The notes below the pieces were generated by a model that was given only the letters and a program-made list of their open reading frames with translations, searched no databases and was not told where the DNA came from. Source: Candidatus Shapirobacteria bacterium (lineage in GTDB: Bacteria > Patescibacteriota > Microgenomatia > UM-FILTER-40-11). From it: 64,000 nt of DNA. This document shows, piece by piece, positions 17,487-26,461 of the stretch (its first letter is position 1; each line of letters starts with the position of its first letter). Location of the stretch: positions 178,511-242,510 of the forward strand of contig JAGVBK010000004.1 of the NCBI GenBank assembly GCA_020059745.1, in the 5' to 3' direction. The translations under genes were made by a program, and so were the position numbers.

Positions 17487-17672
17487 ATGGCCAGGAAAGC
17501 TAAAAGGCACACAAGGGGGGTATTTCCCGTTATTAATCCCACCAATTTCTACTTCAAACCGGAAATATCTCCCTTTTTCCGTGTCCTACTTTTATTTGAA
17601 TTTATAATCTGCAGTTTTTGCGTTCTGGGAGCATTTTTCTTAGCAGCTTTGAAATTCGTTGAGTCTTTGTAA
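17487..17672 (+). CDS. Putative small membrane protein (61 aa)
   Basis: ATG 8 nt after TGcTATTAT; basic N-terminus followed by one TM; overlaps the pcrA 3' end convergently. Confidence 0.45.
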   Translation: MARKAKRHTRGVFPVINPTNFYFKPEISPFFRVLLLFEFIICSFCVLGAFFLAALKFVESL

Positions 17673-19466
17673 AAAGTCTTCAGGAATATCAAGGATAAAT
17701 CTTGAGATTTGGTTGGCAGTTCTTTGTCCGAAAAAAAGCCTTTTTCTGGCGTAAATTAAGAAAAGATTTTCTTTTGCTCTGGTGATGCCCACATAGCAAA
17801 GCCTTCTTTCTTCCTCAAGCTCGCTGTTATCAAGAAGGCTTCTTGAATGAGGGAACAGGCCTTCTTCCATGCCAATCATAAAAACAACCGGAAACTCTAG
17901 CCCCTTGGCCGCATGCAAGGTCATTAAGGTAACTGCTTCTCCTTTTTTGTTCTTGGCTTTTTCAGAAAGGTATTCTTCTTCAACCAAGGCCACATTTTCT
18001 AAAAAGTCATTTATTTCCGGAAACTGAGTGGCAACAGAGCGAAGCTCTTTTATGTTTTCAAGCCTCGATAAATCCTCCTCGATTTCAGGATTATAAAGCT
18101 CAAGATAAGAGCTAACCTGTAAAACTTCTTCAAGAAGTTCAAGGGTTTTCCTATTTATAAAATTTTGGTCACCTTCAAAGCGGTTTTCTCTCCAGGTCAT
18201 AAATTTTTGCAATTTTCCCTTACCCAGTTTTTCCGCTCTTTTTAAGGAAACAAGGTCCTTTGGGTTTACAAGAAGCCTGAGATAGGAAAGCACATCTTTA
18301 ATTTCTTTTCTTTGGTAAAACCTGGTGCCGCCAACAAGTAAGTAAGGAATACCGGAATGTAAAAACATTTCTTCTAAAATTCTTGACTGAGCGTTTGTCC
18401 GGTAAAGAACCACAAAATCAGAAAGCTTATATTCTTTCAACAAAGCCTTTATTTTTTCTACCACAAAACTGGCTTCATTAAGTTCGCTTTCTGCTTCAAA
18501 AAGACAAATTTTTTCGCCCTTTTTGTTTTCTGTCCAAAGCTTAAGAATGGGGTGTGAAGAGTTCTTAGAAATAACAGAATAAGCGACATCAAGAATTATC
18601 TGTGTTGAGCGGTAATTTTGCTCCAGGTTTATGACTTTTATTTCCGGGAAATCTCTTTTTAAATTCAGCAAATTTCTGAAGTTTGCCCCCCGCCAGCCAT
18701 AAATACTTTGGGAAGCATCGCCAACCACGGTCAGGTTTCGGTAGCGGCCGGAAAGGAGCTTGGTAAGCACATACTGGGCGTGGTTTGTGTCCTGGTATTC
18801 GTCCACTAAAACATATTGATACTGATTTTGGTATTTTCCAAGTGTTTCGGGAAACTTTTTAAAAATATCAACGGTTTTAAAAATTAGGTCATCAAAATCA
18901 AGAGCAGAATTTTCCCTTAAAAGCCTTTGATATTCAAGGTAAATTTGTGCTACCCCTTTTTGCCAAGGAGTGCGGGCATATTGGGGGTATTCAAGTTCTG
19001 AGATAAGCTCATTTTTAGCTTGGGAAATTGTATTAAGCACTGATGAAGGCTTGTAGTCTTTAACTGAAAAACGAAGCTTGCTTATAATTTCCTTAGCTGC
19101 TTCTACCTGATCTGTTTCATCATAAATTAAAAAGTTACGCGAAAATCCCAAAAGCTCCCCTTCTTTTCTTAAAAGCTTGGCGCAAAAAGAATGAAAAGTA
19201 CCGGCATAAGGAATTTCTTTCTTTTTTTCAGCATTTTTTATTAGGTTTTCAATTCTTTCTTTCATTTCTCCGGCAGCTTTGTTGGTAAAAGTAAGAAGAA
19301 GAATATTTTCTGAAAGAATTTGCTTTTCTTTAACAAGATAAGCTGCCCGGTGGGTTAGGGCCCGGGTTTTGCCGCTACCGGCTCCGGCTAAAATAAGCAA
19401 AGGACCGTTTCCAAAGGAAACCGCCCGTTGTTGAGAGGAATTCAAGTTTGCTAAAATATCTTCCAT
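17640..19466 (-). CDS. pcrA: ATP-dependent DNA helicase PcrA/UvrD (no C-terminal Tudor domain)
   Basis: AGAGSGKT, VDEYQDTN, VGDASQSIYGWRGA, LEQNYRST, TLHAAKGLEF, EERRLCYVGITRA. Confidence 0.93.
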   Translation of the reverse strand: MEDILANLNSSQQRAVSFGNGPLLILAGAGSGKTRALTHRAAYLVKEKQILSENILLLTFTNKAAGEMKERIENLIKNAEKKKEIPYAGTFHSFCAKLLRKEGELLGFSRNFLIYDETDQVEAAKEIISKLRFSVKDYKPSSVLNTISQAKNELISELEYPQYARTPWQKGVAQIYLEYQRLLRENSALDFDDLIFKTVDIFKKFPETLGKYQNQYQYVLVDEYQDTNHAQYVLTKLLSGRYRNLTVVGDASQSIYGWRGANFRNLLNLKRDFPEIKVINLEQNYRSTQIILDVAYSVISKNSSHPILKLWTENKKGEKICLFEAESELNEASFVVEKIKALLKEYKLSDFVVLYRTNAQSRILEEMFLHSGIPYLLVGGTRFYQRKEIKDVLSYLRLLVNPKDLVSLKRAEKLGKGKLQKFMTWRENRFEGDQNFINRKTLELLEEVLQVSSYLELYNPEIEEDLSRLENIKELRSVATQFPEINDFLENVALVEEEYLSEKAKNKKGEAVTLMTLHAAKGLEFPVVFMIGMEEGLFPHSRSLLDNSELEEERRLCYVGITRAKENLFLIYARKRLFFGQRTANQISRFILDIPEDFLQRLNEFQSC

Positions 19467-20406
19467 GGTAAAAAAACTCCTGCCTTATTTTTTTGGGGTA
19501 CTCTTGATTTTACTATTTTCCGGAGGTTTTTTGTGGGGTTATTATATCAAAAAAAGCTATTTTAAGAAGCTGCCCGAGAAAGAGCCGGGAAGAACAAACT
19601 TTCTTCTTTTGGGGGTTAATGATTCGCAATCAGAAGTAGCTGACCTTACAGATACAATAATTTTTCTTTCAGTTGATCCGGTCGCCAAAAAAGCCTACCT
19701 TGTTTCAATCCCCAGAGATTTATGGGTACCGGAAATGCAAGCAAAGATTAACACAGCCTATCATTACGGCGGTTTTGATTTAGCCAGAAAATCAGTTGAG
19801 GATATTTTAGGCCAAAAGATTGATCGGGTAGTGGTTTTAGGCTTTGACGGTTTTGTGGAAGCCGTGGATATAATCGGTGGTGTTGAAGTTGAGGTACTTA
19901 AAAGCTTTGATGACTATAAATACCCAATTGCCGGCAAAGAAAAAGATCTCTGCAACGGAGACCCTTCGTACAGGTGCCGTTATGAGCACATCCATTTTGA
20001 CGCCGGCAGACAAGAAATGAACGGCACAACTGCACTGAAATTTGTAAGAAGCAGAAACGCAGAAGGAGAAGAAGGTACGGATTTTGCCCGCTCTCTAAGG
20101 CAGCAGCAGTTAATTAAGGCGGTAAAAGAAAAACTGCTAACTAAAGAGGTAATGTTTTCGCCTGAAAAAATTAGCGGCTTAATAGGTGTTTTTAAAAAGG
20201 TAACTAAGTCTGACATTGATCCCTCAGAATACGGAAGTTTGCTTGTTCTTTTTTCGAAAATTGACTGGGACAGCATGAAAACAACCTCCTTAGGAGAAGA
20301 TCTTATATTTCATCCAGCAAACCATAGTTCAAAACAATGGGTTATGGTAACCAGGACAGGAGATTGGCAACAAACCCGCGATTTTATTAAGGACTTTTTA
20401 AAATAA
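19465..20406 (+). CDS. LytR-CpsA-Psr (LCP) family glycopolymer ligase
   Basis: N-terminal TM, LTDTII, SIPRDLWV, KINTAY, ALKFVRSR, DFARSLRQQ. Confidence 0.92.
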   Translation: MVKKLLPYFFGVLLILLFSGGFLWGYYIKKSYFKKLPEKEPGRTNFLLLGVNDSQSEVADLTDTIIFLSVDPVAKKAYLVSIPRDLWVPEMQAKINTAYHYGGFDLARKSVEDILGQKIDRVVVLGFDGFVEAVDIIGGVEVEVLKSFDDYKYPIAGKEKDLCNGDPSYRCRYEHIHFDAGRQEMNGTTALKFVRSRNAEGEEGTDFARSLRQQQLIKAVKEKLLTKEVMFSPEKISGLIGVFKKVTKSDIDPSEYGSLLVLFSKIDWDSMKTTSLGEDLIFHPANHSSKQWVMVTRTGDWQQTRDFIKDFLK

Positions 20407-22533
20407 TTCGTAAACTGAGGCCTCGCCGCTTTTAAAGACTTTTTTTCCGATTTTCTCAAATTTAGCCTCATTAAGCTGGGGATATTTTTGCTTCTCAAGC
20501 TTTGAGATAAAGACATACTTTACTTCATATTTTTTAAGAAGTTCTTTTACCTGGTTTATATTAGACGATTCGTAAATAGTTTTAACTTCCCCTGATCTTT
20601 TTCCCGGCTCGTCAAAAGAGCCACGCCAAAGCCACTCGTGAACAAGCCAGCCTTGGACAGTAGGTAAACCGGTGGCCATGGAAACACGGTTATAGTCGGT
20701 GTAGCTGTCCCCAACCGCTTCTAAAACCACAGGCTGTCCTTTGATATTTTTGTTTAGCCAGTTTATGGCTTCATAATCACCGGGATATTCTCTTTTGAGG
20801 AAATTAAGGCCGTAAAGACCTTTGTAATTTTCTTTTTTAAGATCTCCGTAATAACCTTTAATTGAATATAAAGGATAAACAGCAAGTGAAGAGAAAATTA
20901 AAAAAAACAAAAAAGACACAGTTTTTCTTACTAAAACTCTTTTAATTTGAGAAGCAACTCTAAACATGATGTAACCGGAAAGAAGCGAAAACATGACAAA
21001 GCTTTGGTAGGTCAGCTTAAACATGGTGTTGGCTCGGTGGTAGGAGGCAATATAAATGTCCTTAAGGTAAATTATTTCTGGAATGATTATTAAGAATGTA
21101 GCTACGGCAAAAAGAATTAAAGCAAAGCTGTCAGCAGCCGGAAGCGTTTTCAGGTTAAAATTTAAGGTTTTTGGCACCTTTCTAAATACTCTTTTTACTA
21201 AAGAAACTATTTCTTTACCAAAGAGATAGCTTATAAATAAAACACCCAAAGCCCAAGGCGCTCCCCATAAAATAAGCAGTTGATAAAAACGCGATCGGCT
21301 GTTAACTAAGGCTACTCCTTTGGCGATTGATTCAAAACCAAGTTGAAAGGGAAGAATAAGCGGAATCACGGCCACAATAACTAAAAAACAAGTCAAAGCG
21401 GTTTTAAAAAAAGCCTCTCTTAATTTGTGGTGATAGGAATATCCTGCCAAAAGGGTTAACCCTAGAGCTAAAAGATAGATTGGAAAATCCCACTGGTTGG
21501 TCATGTACATGATTGAAAGAAGAGGAGAAAACAAAAAAGGCAGAAATCGATTTCTATTATTTTCCTTAAGAGAAAGAAAAAGGTTCAGAAGCAGGGCAAT
21601 AAAAAGAAAAACAAAAGGAAGATCAGAAACATGGCCGTGAAGATCGGAAACAACAAAAGAGTATGAAGGAAATTCATGAATTGTTTTATCTTCAACATCG
21701 GGACAATAACCAATATAGCGGGTTGCATTTGGGTACCAATAAAAAGAAGCTCCGTCGCAATAAGGTATTTTTAAAAGGCTCATTTTAACATTGTAAAAAG
21801 CAGGGTGAAGATTAGCTCCCAAAGAGACAAGGACAGAAGAAGCCAAACCGGCAAAAACTAAAAGATAGGATTTGCCAAAAGAAAAGCGAAGAGATTTTTC
21901 TTTAGTTAAGAGATAAAAAAGATTTCCGGTTATTGAAAAAGCTAAAGAAAAAGTAAAGGAAAAAAGCGTGGCAATCATTAGGTTATAGGTAATGGCAGAA
22001 TCAAGACCGGAAAGTTTAGTGAGAAAAGCAGCGATAAAATGGCCAAAATAATAATAATTTATGGATTTTCCGGCAAACCAGATATCCGGGGGAGGCATAA
22101 ACTTGCTTCTTAAGGCTGAGTTAACAAAACCAAAATCCATGAATTTTTCCAAGCCTTGGATATCTGGCTGAAACCCGCGGACAAGCCCCCAAGCGACCAA
22201 AGCACCTAAAAAAAGAAACTCTTCTCCGCTTAAGATAATTAAGAAAGAACGGTCAAGTTTAAACTTTTCTTTATTTTTAACAAATAAAAGCAGGTTAAGA
22301 GCAAGTCCAAAAACTAAAACCAAAAAAACACTTTCTCTGAAAAAGGGCAAAAGCTTAAGCGAGGCCAAAAGCCACACTAAATATGAAGAGAAAAGTATTC
22401 CGATTACCTTGGCAAAAAGATAGCCTTTATCAAAAAACCTGCCAAAAATTACCATCGCCGTTGGCAGAAAGCCAAGGCCGATTATAAAAATAAAAAACCA
22501 CCACCAGAGGATATTTCCAAAATCAGAAAGCAT
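20398..22533 (-). CDS. DUF2298 / Chlor_Arch_YYY membrane protein (probable GT-C)
   Basis: EKFMDFGF, PPDIWFAG..INYYYFGH, IHEFPSYSF..DLHGH, RANTMFKL, VLEAVGDSY, TGLPTVQGW..HEWLWR. Confidence 0.88.
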   Translation of the reverse strand: MLSDFGNILWWWFFIFIIGLGFLPTAMVIFGRFFDKGYLFAKVIGILFSSYLVWLLASLKLLPFFRESVFLVLVFGLALNLLLFVKNKEKFKLDRSFLIILSGEEFLFLGALVAWGLVRGFQPDIQGLEKFMDFGFVNSALRSKFMPPPDIWFAGKSINYYYFGHFIAAFLTKLSGLDSAITYNLMIATLFSFTFSLAFSITGNLFYLLTKEKSLRFSFGKSYLLVFAGLASSVLVSLGANLHPAFYNVKMSLLKIPYCDGASFYWYPNATRYIGYCPDVEDKTIHEFPSYSFVVSDLHGHVSDLPFVFLFIALLLNLFLSLKENNRNRFLPFLFSPLLSIMYMTNQWDFPIYLLALGLTLLAGYSYHHKLREAFFKTALTCFLVIVAVIPLILPFQLGFESIAKGVALVNSRSRFYQLLILWGAPWALGVLFISYLFGKEIVSLVKRVFRKVPKTLNFNLKTLPAADSFALILFAVATFLIIIPEIIYLKDIYIASYHRANTMFKLTYQSFVMFSLLSGYIMFRVASQIKRVLVRKTVSFLFFLIFSSLAVYPLYSIKGYYGDLKKENYKGLYGLNFLKREYPGDYEAINWLNKNIKGQPVVLEAVGDSYTDYNRVSMATGLPTVQGWLVHEWLWRGSFDEPGKRSGEVKTIYESSNINQVKELLKKYEVKYVFISKLEKQKYPQLNEAKFEKIGKKVFKSGEASVYELF

Positions 22534-22610
22534 GATGATATTTTAAATAAATTAGCTTCAAGTTTCAATTCTTAAAGCTAAAGATTAATGTATAATCAAA
22601 GTTAGAAAAA

Positions 22611-23162
22611 ATGAAAAAGAATAAAATAAAAATTGCCTTTGATTTGGACGGGGTAATTGTCAACAAACCTCCCTTGGTTCCTAAAAGATTGCTGGAATGG
22701 TTGTTTAAAGGAGGCGGAAGCAGGCTTCATTACCGTTTTCCCCATTCAAACCTTGAGCAGATGATAAGAAAAATTTCCCACTTTTATTTGTTTAGGCCGC
22801 CGATGGGAAAAAACATTAATTTTATTAAAAAAATTGCCAAAGACGATGATTATGAGCTTTATATTGTTTCTTCCCGATACTCCTTTTTAAAAAGGGAAAC
22901 AGAAATATGGCTTGAAAAAAGAAACCTTGAAAAACTATTTAAAAAAATTTATCTTAACGAAAAGAACGAACAGCCTCATTTGTTTAAAGAAAAAGTTTTA
23001 AAGGAAATAAAACCAGACATTTTTATTGACGATGACGAGGCAATTGTAGATTATCTTTGCCAAAAGACAAAAACCCATATTTATTGTTTTTCTTTAAAAA
23101 AAGTAACTCCCAAACCCGAAACAAACCTTTTTCTTAGTAGCCTTGAATTACTCTTCCGATGA
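22611..23162 (+). CDS. HAD-superfamily hydrolase
   Basis: FDLDGV motif I, VSSR motif II, K, FIDDD motif IV. Confidence 0.8.
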   Translation: MKKNKIKIAFDLDGVIVNKPPLVPKRLLEWLFKGGGSRLHYRFPHSNLEQMIRKISHFYLFRPPMGKNINFIKKIAKDDDYELYIVSSRYSFLKRETEIWLEKRNLEKLFKKIYLNEKNEQPHLFKEKVLKEIKPDIFIDDDEAIVDYLCQKTKTHIYCFSLKKVTPKPETNLFLSSLELLFR

Positions 23163-24289
23163 AAATCCTTTTAGGAATTACTTATTACCTTCCTAACGTA
23201 AGTGGAGTCACAATTTATGCAAGAAGGCTGGCCGAGGAGCTGGTTAAAAAGGGCCATGAGGTTACAATAATTGCCTCAAGACATGACAAATCCTTGCCTT
23301 TAAAAGAGACTATAAATGGAGTTAGGGTTAGAAGGGTTCCCGTTTTTTTAAAAATCGGCAAAGGAGTGATCATGCCCACACTTCCTTTCTTAGTTTTAAG
23401 GGAAGCATTATTTTCGGATGTTATAAACTGCCATCTTCCGCAATTTGAGTCATTTGTCTTTGCCGTTACTGGAAAAATTCTTGGAAAAAAAATAATCCTT
23501 ACCCACCACACCGACCTTTCAGGATGGAAAGGGTTTTTAAACAGAATTTCTGAGGCAAGTGTTTGGCTCGGCCAGATGGTAGCCGGAGCCCTGGCAGACA
23601 AAATTGTTCCGTACACTAAAGATTATGCTGATCATTCCTGGTTTTTAAGGCTCTTTCCTAAAAAGCTTTTCTATATTCTGCCGCCGATTGTTACCGGGAA
23701 AGTAAAAAAAGAACTAAAAGAAAAATGGCGAAAAGAAGCTAAAAATCCAGAGGTAATTATCGGTTTTGCCGGAAGAATTGCCAGACAAAAAGGCATCCCT
23801 TATCTTTTAAACGCTGTTCCTTTGTTAAGGAAAGAATTTCCTTCTTTTAAAATAATCTTTGCCGGTCCCCATAAAGGAGTAATTGGTGAAAAATATTTTG
23901 AAGAAATTGAAAAGCTCGTCACTAAATACAAAAAAAACCTTTGTTTTTTAGGAAACATAAAGGAAGATGACATGGCAAGTTTTTATTCTCTTTGTGATGT
24001 TTTAGTGCTGCCAAGCGATGACAGGCTTGAGTCTTTTGGATTAGTCCAGCCTGAGGCAATGCTAAAAGGTTGTCCTGTTTTAGTTTCTGATTTACCTGGA
24101 GTAAGAGTTCCAGTCAAACTGACAGGAATGGGGTTAACTTTTAAACCAAAAGACACAAAAGATCTTATCCAAAAAACAACCTTTATCTTAAGGAATAAAG
24201 CAAAATTTCAAATAAACCAAAAAAGGCTAAGAGAAATTTTTAGTCTTAAAAAAACAATAAAAGAATATGAAAAAGTTTTTAAAAACTGA
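23159..24289 (+). CDS. GT4-family glycosyltransferase
   Basis: GRIARQKG, VLPS..ESFGLVQPEAMLKGCPV (EX7E). Confidence 0.92.
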   Translation: MKILLGITYYLPNVSGVTIYARRLAEELVKKGHEVTIIASRHDKSLPLKETINGVRVRRVPVFLKIGKGVIMPTLPFLVLREALFSDVINCHLPQFESFVFAVTGKILGKKIILTHHTDLSGWKGFLNRISEASVWLGQMVAGALADKIVPYTKDYADHSWFLRLFPKKLFYILPPIVTGKVKKELKEKWRKEAKNPEVIIGFAGRIARQKGIPYLLNAVPLLRKEFPSFKIIFAGPHKGVIGEKYFEEIEKLVTKYKKNLCFLGNIKEDDMASFYSLCDVLVLPSDDRLESFGLVQPEAMLKGCPVLVSDLPGVRVPVKLTGMGLTFKPKDTKDLIQKTTFILRNKAKFQINQKRLREIFSLKKTIKEYEKVFKN

Positions 24290-25067
24290 ACCTGACCCGG
24301 CTTTTGCAAGAAGGGCTGAAATAATTATTGAAAACCTTGAACTTAAAAAAGGAGATAAAGTTATTGATATTGGCTGCGGCCGGGGCTTTTATATTAATTT
24401 TCTGAGCCAGCTAAATCTTGGTCTTGAAATCTTTGGAATAGACCAAAACGAAAAATATTTAAAAGTAGCCAAAAAGAACCTTGGCGGAAAAAAGGTTTTT
24501 TTAAATAGGGGTAATGCACTAAATCTTCCTTTTAAAGCAAACTTTTTTGATAAAGTTATTGCCTCAGAAATACTCGAGCATATTAATGATGATGTAAAAG
24601 CTCTTGAAGAAATGTACCGGGTCTTAAAGCCTGGTGGAATTATTTTAATTAGTGTCCCCAATCAAAATTACCCCTTTTTTTGGGATCCTTTAAATTGGAC
24701 ACTTGAAAGAGTTTTTAGAAAGCACATTCCTTCTCACCTTTGGTGGCTTGCTGGTATTTGGGCAGACCATGTCAGGCTTTACAAAGAAAGGGAATTAAAG
24801 GAAAAACTAAAAAAAGCTGGTTTTAGGATCAAGGGTTTCTGGTGCGCTACTCATTTTTGTTTCCCCTTTTCCCATTTTATTTTGTACGGAATAGGAAAAA
24901 ATCTTGTTGAAAAGGGACTCTTAAAAGATTTTAACCGTTTTTATAGAGATGACAATCAGTCGTTTTTTAACAAGATTTTATTATGGCCGGCAAGAAAAAT
25001 CGATTTTTTAAATTCAAAAGACGATTATAAAGTTTCGGTTAATTTGATTTGTAAAGCCATTAAATAG
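24267..25067 (+). CDS. Class I SAM-dependent methyltransferase
   Basis: IDIGCGRG, LPF..FDKVIASEILEH, RVLKPGG. Confidence 0.9.
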   Translation: MKKFLKTEPDPAFARRAEIIIENLELKKGDKVIDIGCGRGFYINFLSQLNLGLEIFGIDQNEKYLKVAKKNLGGKKVFLNRGNALNLPFKANFFDKVIASEILEHINDDVKALEEMYRVLKPGGIILISVPNQNYPFFWDPLNWTLERVFRKHIPSHLWWLAGIWADHVRLYKERELKEKLKKAGFRIKGFWCATHFCFPFSHFILYGIGKNLVEKGLLKDFNRFYRDDNQSFFNKILLWPARKIDFLNSKDDYKVSVNLICKAIK

Positions 25068-25069
25068 CA

Positions 25070-26461
25070 ATGAGGAGTTTTCTGAATATTAAGAAAAAAA
25101 AGCTTCCTGATTTGATTTTTTTTACCTTTTTAATATTTGTCTTTGGATTTGCCTTATTTATTAGAATTTGGAAATTAACGGAAACGCCTTCTGTAATCAA
25201 CGGTGATGAACAAGGCAGTTTGGTTCACCCCTGGCAGATAATTCTTGGCCAATTAAAACCATTTGACCTAACCCACGATGGTAGTATTCCGGCCATAGTT
25301 TACTATCCCAAGGCTCTTTTTGTAGTTTTATTAGGAATTGAAAACTCCTTGTTGGCGGCCCGCTTGGTATCAGTTATTTTCAGTATGGGAGCCTTGATTT
25401 TATTCTATCTTATTCTATTAAAAGAATTTTCGAGATGGACTTCGGCAGTTGCAACTCTTTTTTTTGCTTCTTCCTATTGGCTTTTGAATTTTTCTCGCCT
25501 TTCCTGGATTAGCGTGGACGGGCTTTTTTGGGGATTGTTTTTTTATTTTCTGCAGCAAAAGGCTCTTTTGTCCGGACAGCTGAGGTATTATGCTCTTAGC
25601 GGATTTGTGGCTAGCTTGGTGGCTGCTAATTACATGGGGACACGCATTTATCTTCTAGCTGGAATATTTTTACTTATAACCCAAGTATTTAAAAAAAAGA
25701 AAAAGGCTTTATATAATTTTTTAATTTTTATTTTGGTTTTCGTTCTTTCCTCTCTTCCTTTAATAAATTCAGTAATTAAAAGCAAAGAGAAATTTCTGTT
25801 AAGAGCAAACACGCTCTCCGTTTTTAATATAAGTTCTGATTACTATGGTATTCGTCCTGCTGATTTTTCAAAAATTCTTTCTCATCAAGTTATTTATACT
25901 TTTAGAGGTTTTGCACTTTTTGACGGAAGAGTTTCAGGAGAAGGATTTGAAAACAAACGATTAATTCCTTTGGGAAAATCAGCTGTTAGTCCGGCAATAA
26001 TAATTCTTTACTATGTTGGCCTGGCTTTGGCTATTAAAAGAAAAAGAAGTTCATTTTGGCTATTTATTTTGGTTATTAATTTTTTATTAGTCCAAGTTCT
26101 GTCGGTCTATATTCCTGCTTGGGCGCGTGGTATTGGAGTACTGCCTTCAATTTACTATTTCGTTGCCTGCGGTTTAGAGGAAATTTTAGTTATAGTTAAG
26201 AAAAAAGGTTTAACTTTCTTTGTTTTCGGGCTGCTTGTTCTATTTATAGTCATTCCTTATGGAGATTTTCAGACTTATTGGCAGTGGGTAAAAAGCGAAG
26301 AATTCGTTCAATTTCAAGAGCCGGCGGTAAAAATGATTGAATATGAGGATTGGCAAAAGCTGCAGTGGCGGTGGATGTCGGGTGCTCGTCATCCTTTTAC
26401 ACACTATCAGTGGCAAGATAAAAGCTTTAGGGAATATTTGGAAGATCAACAGTCTTTTTAA
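25070..26461 (+). CDS. GT-C fold membrane glycosyltransferase (PMT_2-like)
   Basis: IRIWKL..P..NGDE first loop, ARLVS, NFSR; about 11 TMs. Confidence 0.75.
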   Translation: MRSFLNIKKKKLPDLIFFTFLIFVFGFALFIRIWKLTETPSVINGDEQGSLVHPWQIILGQLKPFDLTHDGSIPAIVYYPKALFVVLLGIENSLLAARLVSVIFSMGALILFYLILLKEFSRWTSAVATLFFASSYWLLNFSRLSWISVDGLFWGLFFYFLQQKALLSGQLRYYALSGFVASLVAANYMGTRIYLLAGIFLLITQVFKKKKKALYNFLIFILVFVLSSLPLINSVIKSKEKFLLRANTLSVFNISSDYYGIRPADFSKILSHQVIYTFRGFALFDGRVSGEGFENKRLIPLGKSAVSPAIIILYYVGLALAIKRKRSSFWLFILVINFLLVQVLSVYIPAWARGIGVLPSIYYFVACGLEEILVIVKKKGLTFFVFGLLVLFIVIPYGDFQTYWQWVKSEEFVQFQEPAVKMIEYEDWQKLQWRWMSGARHPFTHYQWQDKSFREYLEDQQSF

